Assembly (NCBI GenBank): GCA_029717555.1
Contig: JAMDHS010000030.1
Location: 124,001-188,000 of the forward strand
Reading direction: 5' to 3'
From: Peribolospora baueri
Taxonomy: Eukaryota
DNA length: 64,000 nucleotides
This document shows, piece by piece, positions 1 through 11,387 of this stretch. The translations under genes and the position numbers were made by a program. Numbering within the stretch: position 1 is the stretch's first letter; the number at the start of each line of letters is the position of its first letter. The notes below the pieces were generated by a model. The model was not told the origin of the DNA. It ran no database searches and was given only the letters and a program-made list of their open reading frames with translations.

Positions 1-568
1 GCATACGCTCGTGCAGCGGAGCTGGCGTCGTAATGTGGTCGATGGGCGAGGAAGCTGTAGCGACGTAAGGTTGACGTGTGGCGGCATGTCCTCTGCTTTC
101 TTGCATGAATGATTCTTGCGTTGCGATGTGATCTTGCTTGTGCGAGGATGTGACGACAACAAACGACGAACGACAATCGGCAAATGGCAAACGGCAAACG
201 AAAACCGGCGATCGCCGATCCACCCCGAAAAGGCGATGCTCGGCAATAGGCCTTGCTGTCGCGTAGAAGCGGCCAGCGCCCAACCTCGACGGCCTCGCCT
301 TCTTTGCCTCCGTCCGACCTTGGCCGCTTTTCCGGGGTCGCCCAATCAAATTCCACCCTCGGCGTCTTCCCCTTCCCCAGTCGAACCTCGGAGAAGAGTC
401 TCGGCCTCGCCTGGCCCGGCCGAAACTGAAAGTAAAAAGAGCGTCGAACTCGAACTCGTCGCCCTCCTCCTCGCTCTTCCCCCATCCCGCCCCTCCCCGC
501 GCCACCACCCCACCTTCTCCCCTTCTCTCGTCCCTCTTCGCACCACCCCGCCACCAACACCGTTCAAC

Positions 569-1810
569 ATGGGTCGACCGTTGTGCGGCGAACGCTCCAT
601 CGCTCGTGCCGCACGCTCGCCAAGCCGGTCTCAGCATGTCGCAGCCAAGGAGCCCGCGGCGACGATGACAAGCGACACCGCTTCCAACGTCCCCGCCGCC
701 TTTCGTGCCATGCAGAGCGCGTCTTATGGCACCTTCAACGCCCTCCTCGCTGGCTCCTCCTCTCTCCCCGCATCCGTCCGAAGTGCGCCGCCCCGCGTCA
801 ACATTGTCAGTCCAGACGCGCCCTCGATGTCCATAGCCGGCTCGGTGGTGCACGTGGAAGAAGCGAAGGACGAGGAGAACGACGACGACGGCGGAGTGCC
901 ACAGCAGCCACAGACGCACTATCTCTATCACTACTGGTCCACCCGACCGTTCGCCATCGATGGTGACCCGAGCGACGGCCAGATCATCCGTGGCACCCCG
1001 TTCTCCATCCCCGCCACCACCCTGCCCCACACCACCAACGACGTCGCCGTAGCCGGCGCCGGGTCGCTTTCACGCAGGAGGCAGCAAGAGCATGCCCAGG
1101 GCTCGGTGACAAGGCTGAGAGCGTTGGCCCTCCCTCCGTCGCCTCCGACGCTCGCCGATCCCACATCCGTCGGCGCGGAACTCCTCTCCCCCTTCTCCGA
1201 CGGCGCCAGCTCGTCTTCCTCTGCCGCGTCCCTCTTCTCTGACGCCACTAGCCCCTTCGGCGAGAGGACGGGCGTCGCAGCCGACGGTGGCGACTACTTC
1301 GGCTCCCCATCTGTCCCAGTCCGCCCGCAAGTACATACCAACTCGCGCACCAGCGCTGGCCACCCCTCTTTGTTTGCTCAAGCCGAGGCTAGGTCGACAG
1401 CCGTGGACGAGCAGGTGAGGGAGCGAGCGAGGACGGTCGTCGGTTACTGGGCTAGTCAGTCGAGGGCCGCCCGAGCGCAGCGCGGCCCTGCTGTCGTTCC
1501 CGTCCACCACCACGAGGACGATGCCGACGTCGTTGGCGTGAAGATGGCACACGAAGACGACGCGGACGACGCGGACCTCGACCACTTTTCGTCTCCTCAT
1601 CCCCAGCCCGCGCAAACCGCAATGCGCGCCCGCTCGCCTTCCCCAACTCCCTCTGCGGCCTACCGCGTGCCGACAGCCGAGGACACCGTGTCCATTTTGG
1701 GCGCCGTCCCAGGCGAGTCCGACGAGGACAGGCGCAGGAGGGCTACCGAGGCCGTGAGGAGGTTGGCGGAGGAGAGCAGGGCCAGCAGGGCTAGGGTGGA
1801 GGCGCACTAG
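569..1810 (+). CDS. Hypothetical low-complexity (Ser/Pro/Ala-rich) fungal protein, apparently single exon
   Basis: Long ORF (116..1810). The first ATG in good context (TTCAAC-ATG, MGRPLCGERS) is at 569, after a CT-rich leader, and a T-rich 3' region follows the stop. No domain recognised. Confidence 0.6.
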   Translation: MGRPLCGERSIARAARSPSRSQHVAAKEPAATMTSDTASNVPAAFRAMQSASYGTFNALLAGSSSLPASVRSAPPRVNIVSPDAPSMSIAGSVVHVEEAKDEENDDDGGVPQQPQTHYLYHYWSTRPFAIDGDPSDGQIIRGTPFSIPATTLPHTTNDVAVAGAGSLSRRRQQEHAQGSVTRLRALALPPSPPTLADPTSVGAELLSPFSDGASSSSSAASLFSDATSPFGERTGVAADGGDYFGSPSVPVRPQVHTNSRTSAGHPSLFAQAEARSTAVDEQVRERARTVVGYWASQSRAARAQRGPAVVPVHHHEDDADVVGVKMAHEDDADDADLDHFSSPHPQPAQTAMRARSPSPTPSAAYRVPTAEDTVSILGAVPGESDEDRRRRATEAVRRLAEESRASRARVEAH

Positions 1811-2640
1811 ATGGTTTCCCTCTGTCCTTTTTAATTTGGTTTGTTCCGCCTCGTCAGTTTTGGGTTTTTCCTTTTGCGCTTGGACGTTTTCGCCCCTCCC
1901 GGTTCTTTCGGGCCTCTTGCATCTAGCTCTCTTTATCTTCCTTCCCGCTTTTACATGGACACACGCATCTTTTCCTCTCTGTTCTGTCTCCTGTTCTTGG
2001 CATTCTTTGCCCTTCTTCTCTTCCCAACCGCTTTTCGGGTCTTCTTTGTCGTCGCTTTTTGGGCTTCTCTCACTCTTCCATCTCCTTGTGGTGGATACGT
2101 GCATCCTCTCCGCTTAATCACTATTCTCGGTTCGCTCTTCCTGTCTCCTTCGTCCTGCTGCGATCGACACGTCCCACTCATCTTCTCCGTCCGTGCAAAT
2201 CCTTTGGACGATTTCCACCTCGACAAAACAAATATAGAAAAAGCGTTGCAAACCCCCCGAACGCGGGATGAGCACATGTTTTTTTCCCCAGCTCGGTCCT
2301 CTCCTCCTAGCCTAGTCACATGGTATTTGTATGGGTAAGAGCGCTGCTCTCCACGAATTTCCGCAACTCCCTCCGTCTCTCTTCGTCGCGGGGTCGTATC
2401 GCATACGAACGCTGTAAAGGATCGGCTCCGTCCACATCCGTCCACCACCTTGCGCTCTCATCCGTCCGTCCGGAGACTGGCACACATATTTCCTTACGAA
2501 TACGCCCTCCCGGTGTGTCTATCAAGGTAAAAGCACGTCCAGCGCTCTTTCCGCCGCCGCCAGCCAGATCGTCTTGGCGAGGTGGACGCGCTCGGCGTCT
2601 GTTTGGCGGACTCCCTGTGAGACGAGACGAGACGGGCCAG

Positions 2641-3754
2641 TCAGTCGCCGAGTGGCGGGCGGGCGAGCGAGGTGCGCGGAGAAAGACACAGGTGACCCGA
2701 ACCGGGTCGAGGCAGGCCCGTCCCGTCCCGTCGATTCGCCCGCCGGCCGAGGGGACCGTCAGAAACTCTACTACTACTCACGACTTCGACGCACGCCCTC
2801 ACGAAACGAAAGGACACGTCTCTGAGCGCCACTCCCTCTTTCCCTAGCACCTCCTCGTCCGATAGGTCCTCGCTCGCCTTGGCATATCGCCTTCCCAGCT
2901 CCCAGTCCACGTCGGAGAGACGGCGGACGAACTCGGCCGGCCAGGTTCGCTCCACCGACGAGCCCGCTTGGTCGGTCGACGACGAAGCTGCAGGCGCAGC
3001 CCTCCTCGCACTGACCAAGCAGCCCTCCAAAACGTCCGCGAACCGATCCACGGGCGCCTCCACCGTCGCGCCCGCAAACTCCCAGTCGAGCACCGCGACA
3101 ATCTGCCCCGGCTCGCCGTCGCCGTCGCCGTTCTCGGACGCGTTCGGCCGGACGAGGAGGTTGCCGAAGTGCGTGTCGCGGTGGGAGAGGTGCGTCGGAT
3201 TTAAGTAGGTTGACGTGCGCAGGTCCGTGAGCCATCTCGGCACGGCTTTGGGGGAGGGCGTCGTGTCGAGCAGCCCCAAGAGCTCGTCTAGCCTCGGTAA
3301 CAGGTGCGTCATAAACTCCAATCGAGGATGCAAGTCGATCTGCCGTCTGTAGGCGGACAGGTATGCCCTGGCCTGATCGACCCATCCGTCGAACGGGCCG
3401 AGTGGATTGAGCGACTCAAACGTCTCGTCCGCCAGGCGGGCCCACCTCTCCCGTTCGGCATCGCCCGCGGCCGGGTGGTCGGCATTTGCTAGAGCGTGCC
3501 AGTACCGGGCGATGTCGGCCTCTTGCCAGTGTAATTCGTCTACGGACGGCCCAATCCGGAAGGAGGTGTACGAAGGCTCGGTTGAAGTCGTCGGTGTAGA
3601 GTCTGCGAAATAGAGTCCACCGATGCGGGTCGGTGAAGGCAAGGGGATGCGGTGGAGTTGGACATAGAAGGCGACCAGCTGGTCCAGGACGTGTGAGAGA
3701 GCGGAAGGCGTGAGCGTCATCCAGCACGAGTCCAGAGACGGGGCTTCGATGTCT

Positions 3755-3791
<37 letters not shown>

Positions 3792-4333
3792 TGTGACGAT
3801 AGGAAAGGACGATCAACGGCCGTTTGACCAGCACAGGCCCCCGATGGTCAACTCACACTCCATACAAATGTACTCGAGCCCCAGCACGTTGTCCTCGGTA
3901 GAGTCGAAGAAGTAGACCTCCGGAACGGGAATCGTCGTATGGCGCTTGACGAGAGTCAGGCAAGCTACCTGAAAAGGGCCCAAAGCGGCTGTCGAAGAGG
4001 TAAGCTATGCTTTCCTTGTGCGACGGCTCTCGAACGGGCTTGTCAGCGGTGACTTCCCTCGTTCTGTGTCTTGATCCTCGGAATGGCCTTCCTAGACACC
4101 CTCAGCACGCATTTCGTCCATCTTCGCCCCTCCTTCTCGCCCTCGTCGCCGCTCCCTCCGGCGGCCGCGGGCAACTCGACGATGGCGATCCAATGATAAC
4201 TCGCGTCCACCTTGTCGGGCAAACGAATGGACAACGGCTCGACGCCCGTCCTTTGCGAGAAGAGAGCGCACACAGAGCTGTGAGGGATGGGCGTGCGCCA
4301 GAAGTTGAGGTCGTCGGCGTGCAGGTCGGCCAT
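2641..4333 (-). CDS. Aminoglycoside phosphotransferase (APH)/choline kinase-like protein kinase-fold enzyme, spliced
   Basis: Exons 4333-4058 (MADLHADD...KAIPRIKTQNE), 3968-3857 (VACLTLVKRHTTIPVPEVYFFDS...LEYICME) and 3752 onward (YIEAPSL...). Catalytic motifs HRDTHFGNLLV and VAVLDWEFAG. The 3' end is uncertain: a possible further intron runs from the GTGAGT near 2781 to a CAG near 2615. Confidence 0.85.
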
Positions 4334-5047
4334 GACGGGACAGAGCAATCGGGGATGGTCAAAAGGCGATGAGAGTAAGGATGAGAAGAGCGATAAGGAT
4401 CGACTGGAAACAGCTCCTGAACACACTCTTGCGGGCCGCCCCTTCGAAGAGGCCGTCGTGGACGGAGGAAGAGTTGGCGTGGCGCTCAGGAACCTTGGCG
4501 GATGGCCATAGAATTGTCTAGCACCTACGGTGGAGCTGGCGATGATGGTACGAACCCACCCAGGACTCGGCTTCCGAACGAAGCCGCCCAGAATGGACAT
4601 CCAGTACCGCCGTCGAGATCCTCCACCTCACCCGTCCCCCACTCCTGACAGCTCTGTAGCTCGACGTTGGAGCGAATTGCTAAAGCGAACGAGCGCGTCA
4701 TCCCTGTCTATTCTTATAAGTCGTGACCACTCCGGCTGCTACTCCAGTTTGTACAGTCCGGAGTCCCGCAATGACACTTCACGTCAGTGTTGCACGGGGA
4801 CGAGGGCAGCAGAACGAGGTGCCTATGTGCACATTGGTACACGAGATGGCTTGAGCTAGGGAGCTAGCATTGCAAAATTCGTGCAACGGACTCGGCTGGA
4901 CTGCGCCCGAGGATATTCCGCCGGAACAGACGTGTTGGACAGAGGACGAGGTCTATCCGAGTACTAAGACGAGAGGATGAACGACAGGAGCGGCTACAAC
5001 GGCAGTAGACAGGCAAACGAATGAGGCAGAAGGTGGACGAGAGCGAC

Positions 5048-5593
5048 TCATGCCGCCTGCTTCTCCTTCTCCAGCTTGATGTAGTACTCGTCGCGGCGGC
5101 GGACTGAGGAGGTGGGATATGGTTGGCGAGAGAACAGTTTGACACAGGATGATGAAGACGGCGCCGAGGCCCAAAAAGACAGGGAACGACAAAAGGCGGG
5201 ACGAGAACGAAAGGGGAGGGGGTCTCGTGAGCAGAGGGGATCGAAAGACGCGCCCACGACCCGCGGAAAGGCTCTCGATGGCAACTCACCCGAGGGGACG
5301 TGCAGGCCGTACCTGTCGCCGTAAGATGTCGAAGCCGAGGGAAGAGAGCGAGATGATCAGCGACGTTCTTCTCCCTGTCCATCTCCCACTCGCTCTTCAC
5401 CCCACGCCGACCTTCACCGCGGCACAAGCAGCACGACCGACAGAGACACGAGAAGGAAAGGAAGCAGCTTTCAATAGCAGCCCATCCGAACTCACCAGTA
5501 ACCGTAGCCGCAGGCGGTACCGAGGCCGAGGGCGACGGAGAGGTCGAGGATAAGACGCTTGCGCATCTTGCCGGTGATGGGGGCGATCGCCAT
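5048..5593 (-). CDS. COX9: Cytochrome c oxidase subunit 9 (fungal Cox VIIa), 58 aa, 3 exons
   Basis: Exons 5593-5496, 5312-5290 (23 nt) and 5103-5048, joined by GT-AG introns, give MAIAPITGKMRKRLILDLSVALGLGTACGYGYWYGLHVPSVRRRDEYYIKLEKEKQAA*. Not visible in the ORF track. Confidence 0.9.
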
Positions 5594-6163
5594 TGTCTAA
5601 CAGTGCGGTAGAAGCCGGCCAAAGAGGGTCAGGAGGACGATAGGTCAGTGAGATGAGGGCGTCTCGAATGCAGCAGAGGAGAGGCGGGGCATGGATTCGA
5701 TGAAATCACTCACGATGGAAAGTCGTAGGTAAGTGGACGAGGGATCTGAGGTGGATGGATCGGGAGAGCGGGAAGTCCGAAGGTCGTCTCCGTCGCCCGG
5801 ACGGACGCGAAACCGGATGAAGGTTAGGGTTATACTACTCTTCCCACGGCCACGTGCAGAGGGCCGATAGGGACCCAGCGAGTCAAGAGTACGTACACTA
5901 TTGAACATGTATAATGTTGGGCCGTATATATACACATCGATCACCTCCCACCTGCTGCCCGGCCGACGCCAGCCAGCCGTTGACGTCGACCGTCAGTCAC
6001 ACCGACACCGCCTTGTCGTCGTCGTCTTCCTCCCCTTCCTCCTTCCTCGGCTCGATCCCATCGCCGCTTCTCCTTCTTCTCCCATCCCGTACCGCTTCCC
6101 CGATACCCCGCATTAGCCGTACTTCTCCCTCTCCGCTCGCCACGCCCCCTCTCGTGCCCCGCA

Positions 6164-9100
6164 ATGGCGTACGTAGCAGTGTGCAAGGTGCTCTACGACT
6201 ATGCCGCCCAGACGGAGGACGAGCTGACGATCTCCGAGGACGACTTGCTGTTCGTGCTCGAGAATGAAGACCCGGAGTGGTGGAAGGCTAAACTCAAGAC
6301 GCCCGGCGACCGGGACGCAGAAGGCGCCGAAGGTCCCACGGGCTTGGTGCCGAGGAACTATGTGGAGGAGGCCGAGCCGCTCAGGGTCAGCAAGGCTTTG
6401 TACGACTACGAGGCGCAGAACGACGAGGAGCTCTCGATTGCAGAGGACGATTTGCTCAACGTGTATGATGTCGATGGGCTCTGGTTGCTTGTGAGGAAGC
6501 ACGGCGCGGACGGGACGGCCGAGGGAAACGCAGGATACGTACCCGCCAACTATGTCGACGAGGTGAGATTGCCCTTCATCGTTTCCGCATGGAAAGCAGA
6601 GCATATTTGACATTCCTTTTTTCCACTTTCACATAGGCCTCGGCGGACGACTCGGAAGCGGCAACGGCCCCTTCCGAGCACGAGGAGGCACCCGCGTCGC
6701 CCATCGCTGTCGCCCCTACCATCCCAGTCATCACCTCTCCACCTCCGAACAATGAGGCGCTCAAGGCGGATGACATTCAGATGTGGCCCGTGTCCGTCAG
6801 TGTCCACGTCCTATAAAATTCCTTTGCCATTGCTCTCTTTCCCGAGTTGACTCCTTTGCTCGTTTCTTTCACGTCACAAAATGTCACAGTTGGTGGATGC
6901 CAAAAAGAAGAAGAAGAAGGGCACGCTCGGCATTGGCAACGGTAGCATTTTCTTTGCAAGCGAGTCCGACAAGGCATGCGTCATCTCTGCCTCGATGTCC
7001 AGCTTGCCGCATTCCTCAGCTGATCTCCTTTCTTAATCTTGCATCGTCCGCGGCCTTCACTAGACGCCCGTCCAGAAGTACCCCGTCGCCTCCGTGACCT
7101 CGCACAACCTTGAAAAGGGCAAGCACCTGCACATCGAGCTCTCCTCCATCTCCGAACCCCTTCACTTCCATACCGGCTCCAAGGACGTGGGCGAGGAGAT
7201 CATTGCAAAGCTAGAGTCGAGCAAGGCTGTCGTCGCCTCCTCTGGCACCGAGACTCTTCCTGCTGAGACTCCCAGGGCGATCCCCCCTCCCCCAGCCGCT
7301 GCATCCTCACCTCCTGCTGCCGTTACTGCGAAGAAGAGCGTCACTTTCTTGCCTCCGCCGTCGCGCCGTTCCGCCAGCTCTTCCAGCGCACCGTCAATGG
7401 ATGAAGAGGAACAGGAGGAGGAAGAGCCAGCTCCCGCCCCCGCTTCTGCGCCCGCCGACGGCGAGACTGGTGAACCTGCTACGGCACTGTATGATTTCGA
7501 GGCGCAGGGAGACGACGAATTGGGCTGCACAGAGGGCGAAGCCATCTGGGTCATCGACCGCGTCAGCAGTGATGACTGGTGGAAGTGCAGGAACGCTTCA
7601 GGGCAGGAGGGCGTTGTACCGGCCAGCTATGTGGAGGTGAGTGTTCGGACTTGTCCCGTTTTGTTGTTCAACCATCGGTATTCATGATTGTAAGTTGCTA
7701 ACTCGGGTCGGGCGTCTCTCCTTCTCAGCTCGCCGATGTGGACGCACCTCCGCCATCAACGGCCGCCGCTGATGAGGCTGCTGAAAGAGAAGCTGCTGGG
7801 GCGGAAGCTGCTGCCGCTGCTGCTGCCGCTGCTGCCGCCGCCGCGGCTGCCGAGGAGAAGAAAGCGCGAGCTGCAGCCGATGCGGAACGGAGACGCAAGG
7901 AGGAGCGAGCAGCCGAGGCGGCCAAGCAAGCGGGGAAGCGTCAGAGGGAGGAAGAGGCACGGCGAAGGAGGGAGAGGGAGGAGGAGGAGGCAAGGCACAA
8001 GGTCGCTGACGAGGTGCGCAAGAACGCCAATGCCTTGCCCTCGCCGCCTGATTTGGATAACAGGCCGAGTTCTCAGGACAGCAAGCGCGCTGGAGAAACA
8101 CAGGCTAGGAGGGGTCATGACAGGTCGAGCTCCGGATCCAAGTCGAGTGAGTTTCTGCGCCGAACGGCATCGAGCTGGCTTATATCGATGTTAATGGTTA
8201 CCGGCTGGCATGATCAATGTCCCATTTTACAGGGCCCAACCCGGCGAAGACGCGCATCTGGCATGACCGCTCGGCTCAGTTCAAAGTTGAGGCAGAATTC
8301 CTCGGCTTCCACCACGGCAAGATCCGACTGCACAAGCTCAACGGCGTTGTCATCGAAGTGCCTGTGGAGAAAATGTCCAACGACGATATCCGGTATATCG
8401 AGAAAGCCACGAGCAGGAAGTTGATGGCCGACGAGCCGCCCTTGTCCCCTTCGCAGGCCAACGCGCTTCGCGCTCAACAGGTTCAGAGCTCGCGTTCTGC
8501 TTCGTCGTCTCAGCGAGACCGTGCTCATCGCGAGCACCATCCTCAGAGGAAGAATGTCGACTGGTTCGAATTCTTCCTCAATGCCGGCTGCGAGATGGAC
8601 GATTGCACGCGGTACGCGGCCGCTTTCGAGCGCGACAAGATGGATGAGACCATCTTGCCGGATGTGGAGCCGTCGGTGCTTCGTTCGCTGGGGCTGCGCG
8701 AAGGTGACATCATCCGCGTGACCAAGCACATCGAGAAGAAGTACGGCGCTTCGAGCAAGCAGAGCGCGAGGGAGCAGAGGGAACAGATGAAACGCGACGA
8801 GGAGCTAGCGCGAAAGTTGCAGGACGAGGAGGCTCGTAGTCCGCCGCCCAATCTTTTCACCAACGCGGACGGCAGTCTCAAGAACCAGAGGAGAGGGCGG
8901 CCCACCACTAACCGGCAGGCCACAACTCCGGTGGATCCTGCGGCGCTCGTGTCCGTCGGAGATCAGCTCAAGAGCACCTCCAGTCCGCCTCCTTCGACCC
9001 CGGCGGCGTCTCCTGCGGTCGCGACTCAGCCTCCGAGGCGCTCCAGCTCGACGGTGCCCGTTGCGAGCGGCTTCGACGATGACGCTTGGACCGTTCGACC

Positions 9101-10436
9101 CAGCTCGCGGACTTCCAAGCCTTCCACTCCAGCCCCGCCTCAGCCTTCTTCTTCCACAGCCGCGGCTCCGACGCCGTCGCCTGCCCCCGCCGCTGCGGCT
9201 GCCATTTCCTCTCCTGCTCCCCCGACGCCGCCGCCGAAAGCGGTGGCGAAGTCACCCGACGAAGCCCTGTTCGAGAAGCTTGCGGCTATGCGCCCGCCGT
9301 CGGCCCCTGCCGTACAGGTGCAGCAGACGGGTATCAATTCGCCTGTTGCCAATGGCGCTTTGTCGCCATCCCCTGTAACGTTCATGAACAACGGCATGGG
9401 AGCCGTTAAGTCGACCGCCTCGCTGTCGGCCCTCCAGGCGCAGCAAACCGGCATGCCAGGCCTCAATCCGAACGCACCCAGAGGACCTTTGGCTCCTGTG
9501 CCCCAGAACCAACCACTCCTGAACCCCCTCGTCCCCACCAACACCGGCATCGGACCTTTCGTTCCTACTCGCACAGGCATCGGCGCGGCACAGCAACAGC
9601 CGCAGCCGACCGGCATGGGCGGAATGAACGTCATGCAGTCGCCTTTCATTTCTGTCTCTTCGCCCATGGGCATGGGCATGACCGGTGCCATGACGGGCAT
9701 CCAGTCGCCCTCTATGCCCGTCTCTTCGCCCATGGGTATGACTGGCGGTGGAATGACCGGGTTCCAGTCTCCGTCCATCTCCGTCTCTTCGCCAATGGTC
9801 ATGGGTATGACCGGCGGCGGCATGGGCGGATCCAGCTTCAATGCTTTTTCCGCCGCTGCTCAGCCCCCTCAACCACCTCAAATGTCCATTGCTGCCCCTC
9901 AGCCGGCCAATTCTCAGTCTGGAGACCAATTCCAGCCTTCTAACGTTTTCGCTCAAGTGAGTGTCATGGGCGTCTTTCTTTCTCAAGAAGTCCTACCTCG
10001 CCCGTTCGGATTCTGAGCCCTTACCTCTCTCGCGAACAGATGAAAACGGGCAACTTTGGAAAAGACCCCAATTCGACCCCACAGAACTCGGACAAGTACG
10101 ACGCCCTGCGACCTCAACCGACCGGTTTCGCGCCCGGCTTCGTGCAGCCACCGGGGCAACAAGGAGGATTCCAACAGCCTCAACCCACCGGATTCGGAGG
10201 GTTCGGGAACGGTATGGGAATGGGCACCGGCATGGGCGTGGCTGGGTTTCCTCAGCAACAGCAAGGCTACGGAGGTCCGATGATGCCTCAACAGACTGGT
10301 TTCCCCATGGCGAACAATTTCCAGCGTCAGGTGAGTTGTTTTGAAGGCTTGAAGTCGTGTTCACCCCCTGTTTGGCCGTTTACTTACCAGCCAATTTCTT
10401 CTTCCCTCCTATGCGGTCGCGCTTCTCCAGTTTTGA
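6164..10436 (+). CDS. SLA1: Actin cytoskeleton/endocytic adaptor Sla1 (3 SH3, SHD1, SAM-like SHD2, C-terminal QxTG repeats)
   Basis: SH3 motifs ALYDY..QxxDEL / EWW / GLVPxNY (three copies), SHD1 RIWHDRSAQFKVEAEFLG...KLNGVVIEVP, SHD2 DWFEFFLNAG, and QQTG/QPTG repeats. Multiple introns, including a GC-AG intron at 6974-7063. Predicted last exon TTT TGA at 10431-10436. Confidence 0.93.
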
Positions 10437-11387
10437 ACTCTTCCCATTCTTTCCGCTCCCATCCTCGTTCCTTCTCGGCTTCACTCTTTCCTGCATGTAC
10501 GTACATCTTGTCCGTGGATCGTTGTCCACTGTGGTAAGGCGAGTATTCCACGTAGACATAATCGTTGAAAGCCGCGTGGACCTTTCATTCGCTTTGGTTC
10601 GTCGCTTATCGAGAAGCGGACATGGGACAATCTCAATTGGTATCGCCACACCTTTATCGGACGGGGGTGGGTGTAGGAAAGGGAGGGGGAAGGGGAGGGG
10701 GGAGAATGACGACAAAAACCAAGCAGCAAGGAGCCATACATGTATACCCTGCGATAAACAGTCTTCTTACCCCAGTAAAGCGTCGGGACACGACGCGCCG
10801 GCGGATAGGAGTTTTCCCGAGAGCAGACTGGAAGACAAGAAGAAAAGAAAAAAAGGTTCGGCTGGGGAGACTGCCTTGCTCGCAGGTGCGCGCTGCCAAG
10901 TTCAAATGTGGCATGCAGGGAAGGCCGATTAATGAGCCAGATTGCAGCTGAGGACTAGACTAGCCAGGGAGGGGTTACAAGTTGACCTGGTTGAAAGCCT
11001 CTTCTGCGAACCGGCGGCACACCCGACGCCGTTGCCAGATCCCCGCCGCCTCTGTCGTCCAAACCCTAAGTCGAATGGGAGGGGACCGCTTGTTTGTCGG
11101 TCGTAAACCACATATAAAATCCTTTGGCGTCGCGACGTCGGTACAAGAGAGCTATCCAGGCTTCATTTGAGCTCTTCAAGGAAGACGGCCACCGAGGGTC
11201 CAATCTACTCTTGCCTTCCCTCCCCCCTGCACGAATCTCACACATCTTTCGCCTAATGCGGTCGGGATCGACACCACTACCGTCTCCAGTATCTCCAGTT
11301 TGCGCTCCGGCTAAAAATGCGTTCAAGTGTCGCGGGGTGACGAGCACGCGCACGCTCACTCTCGTCTCGTGCGGCCCTTGGGCTCAC

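Noticed and set aside
116..568. Upstream extension of the first ORF from a TTG start
   Set aside because: Non-ATG start in a eukaryote, and the segment looks like promoter and CT-rich leader.
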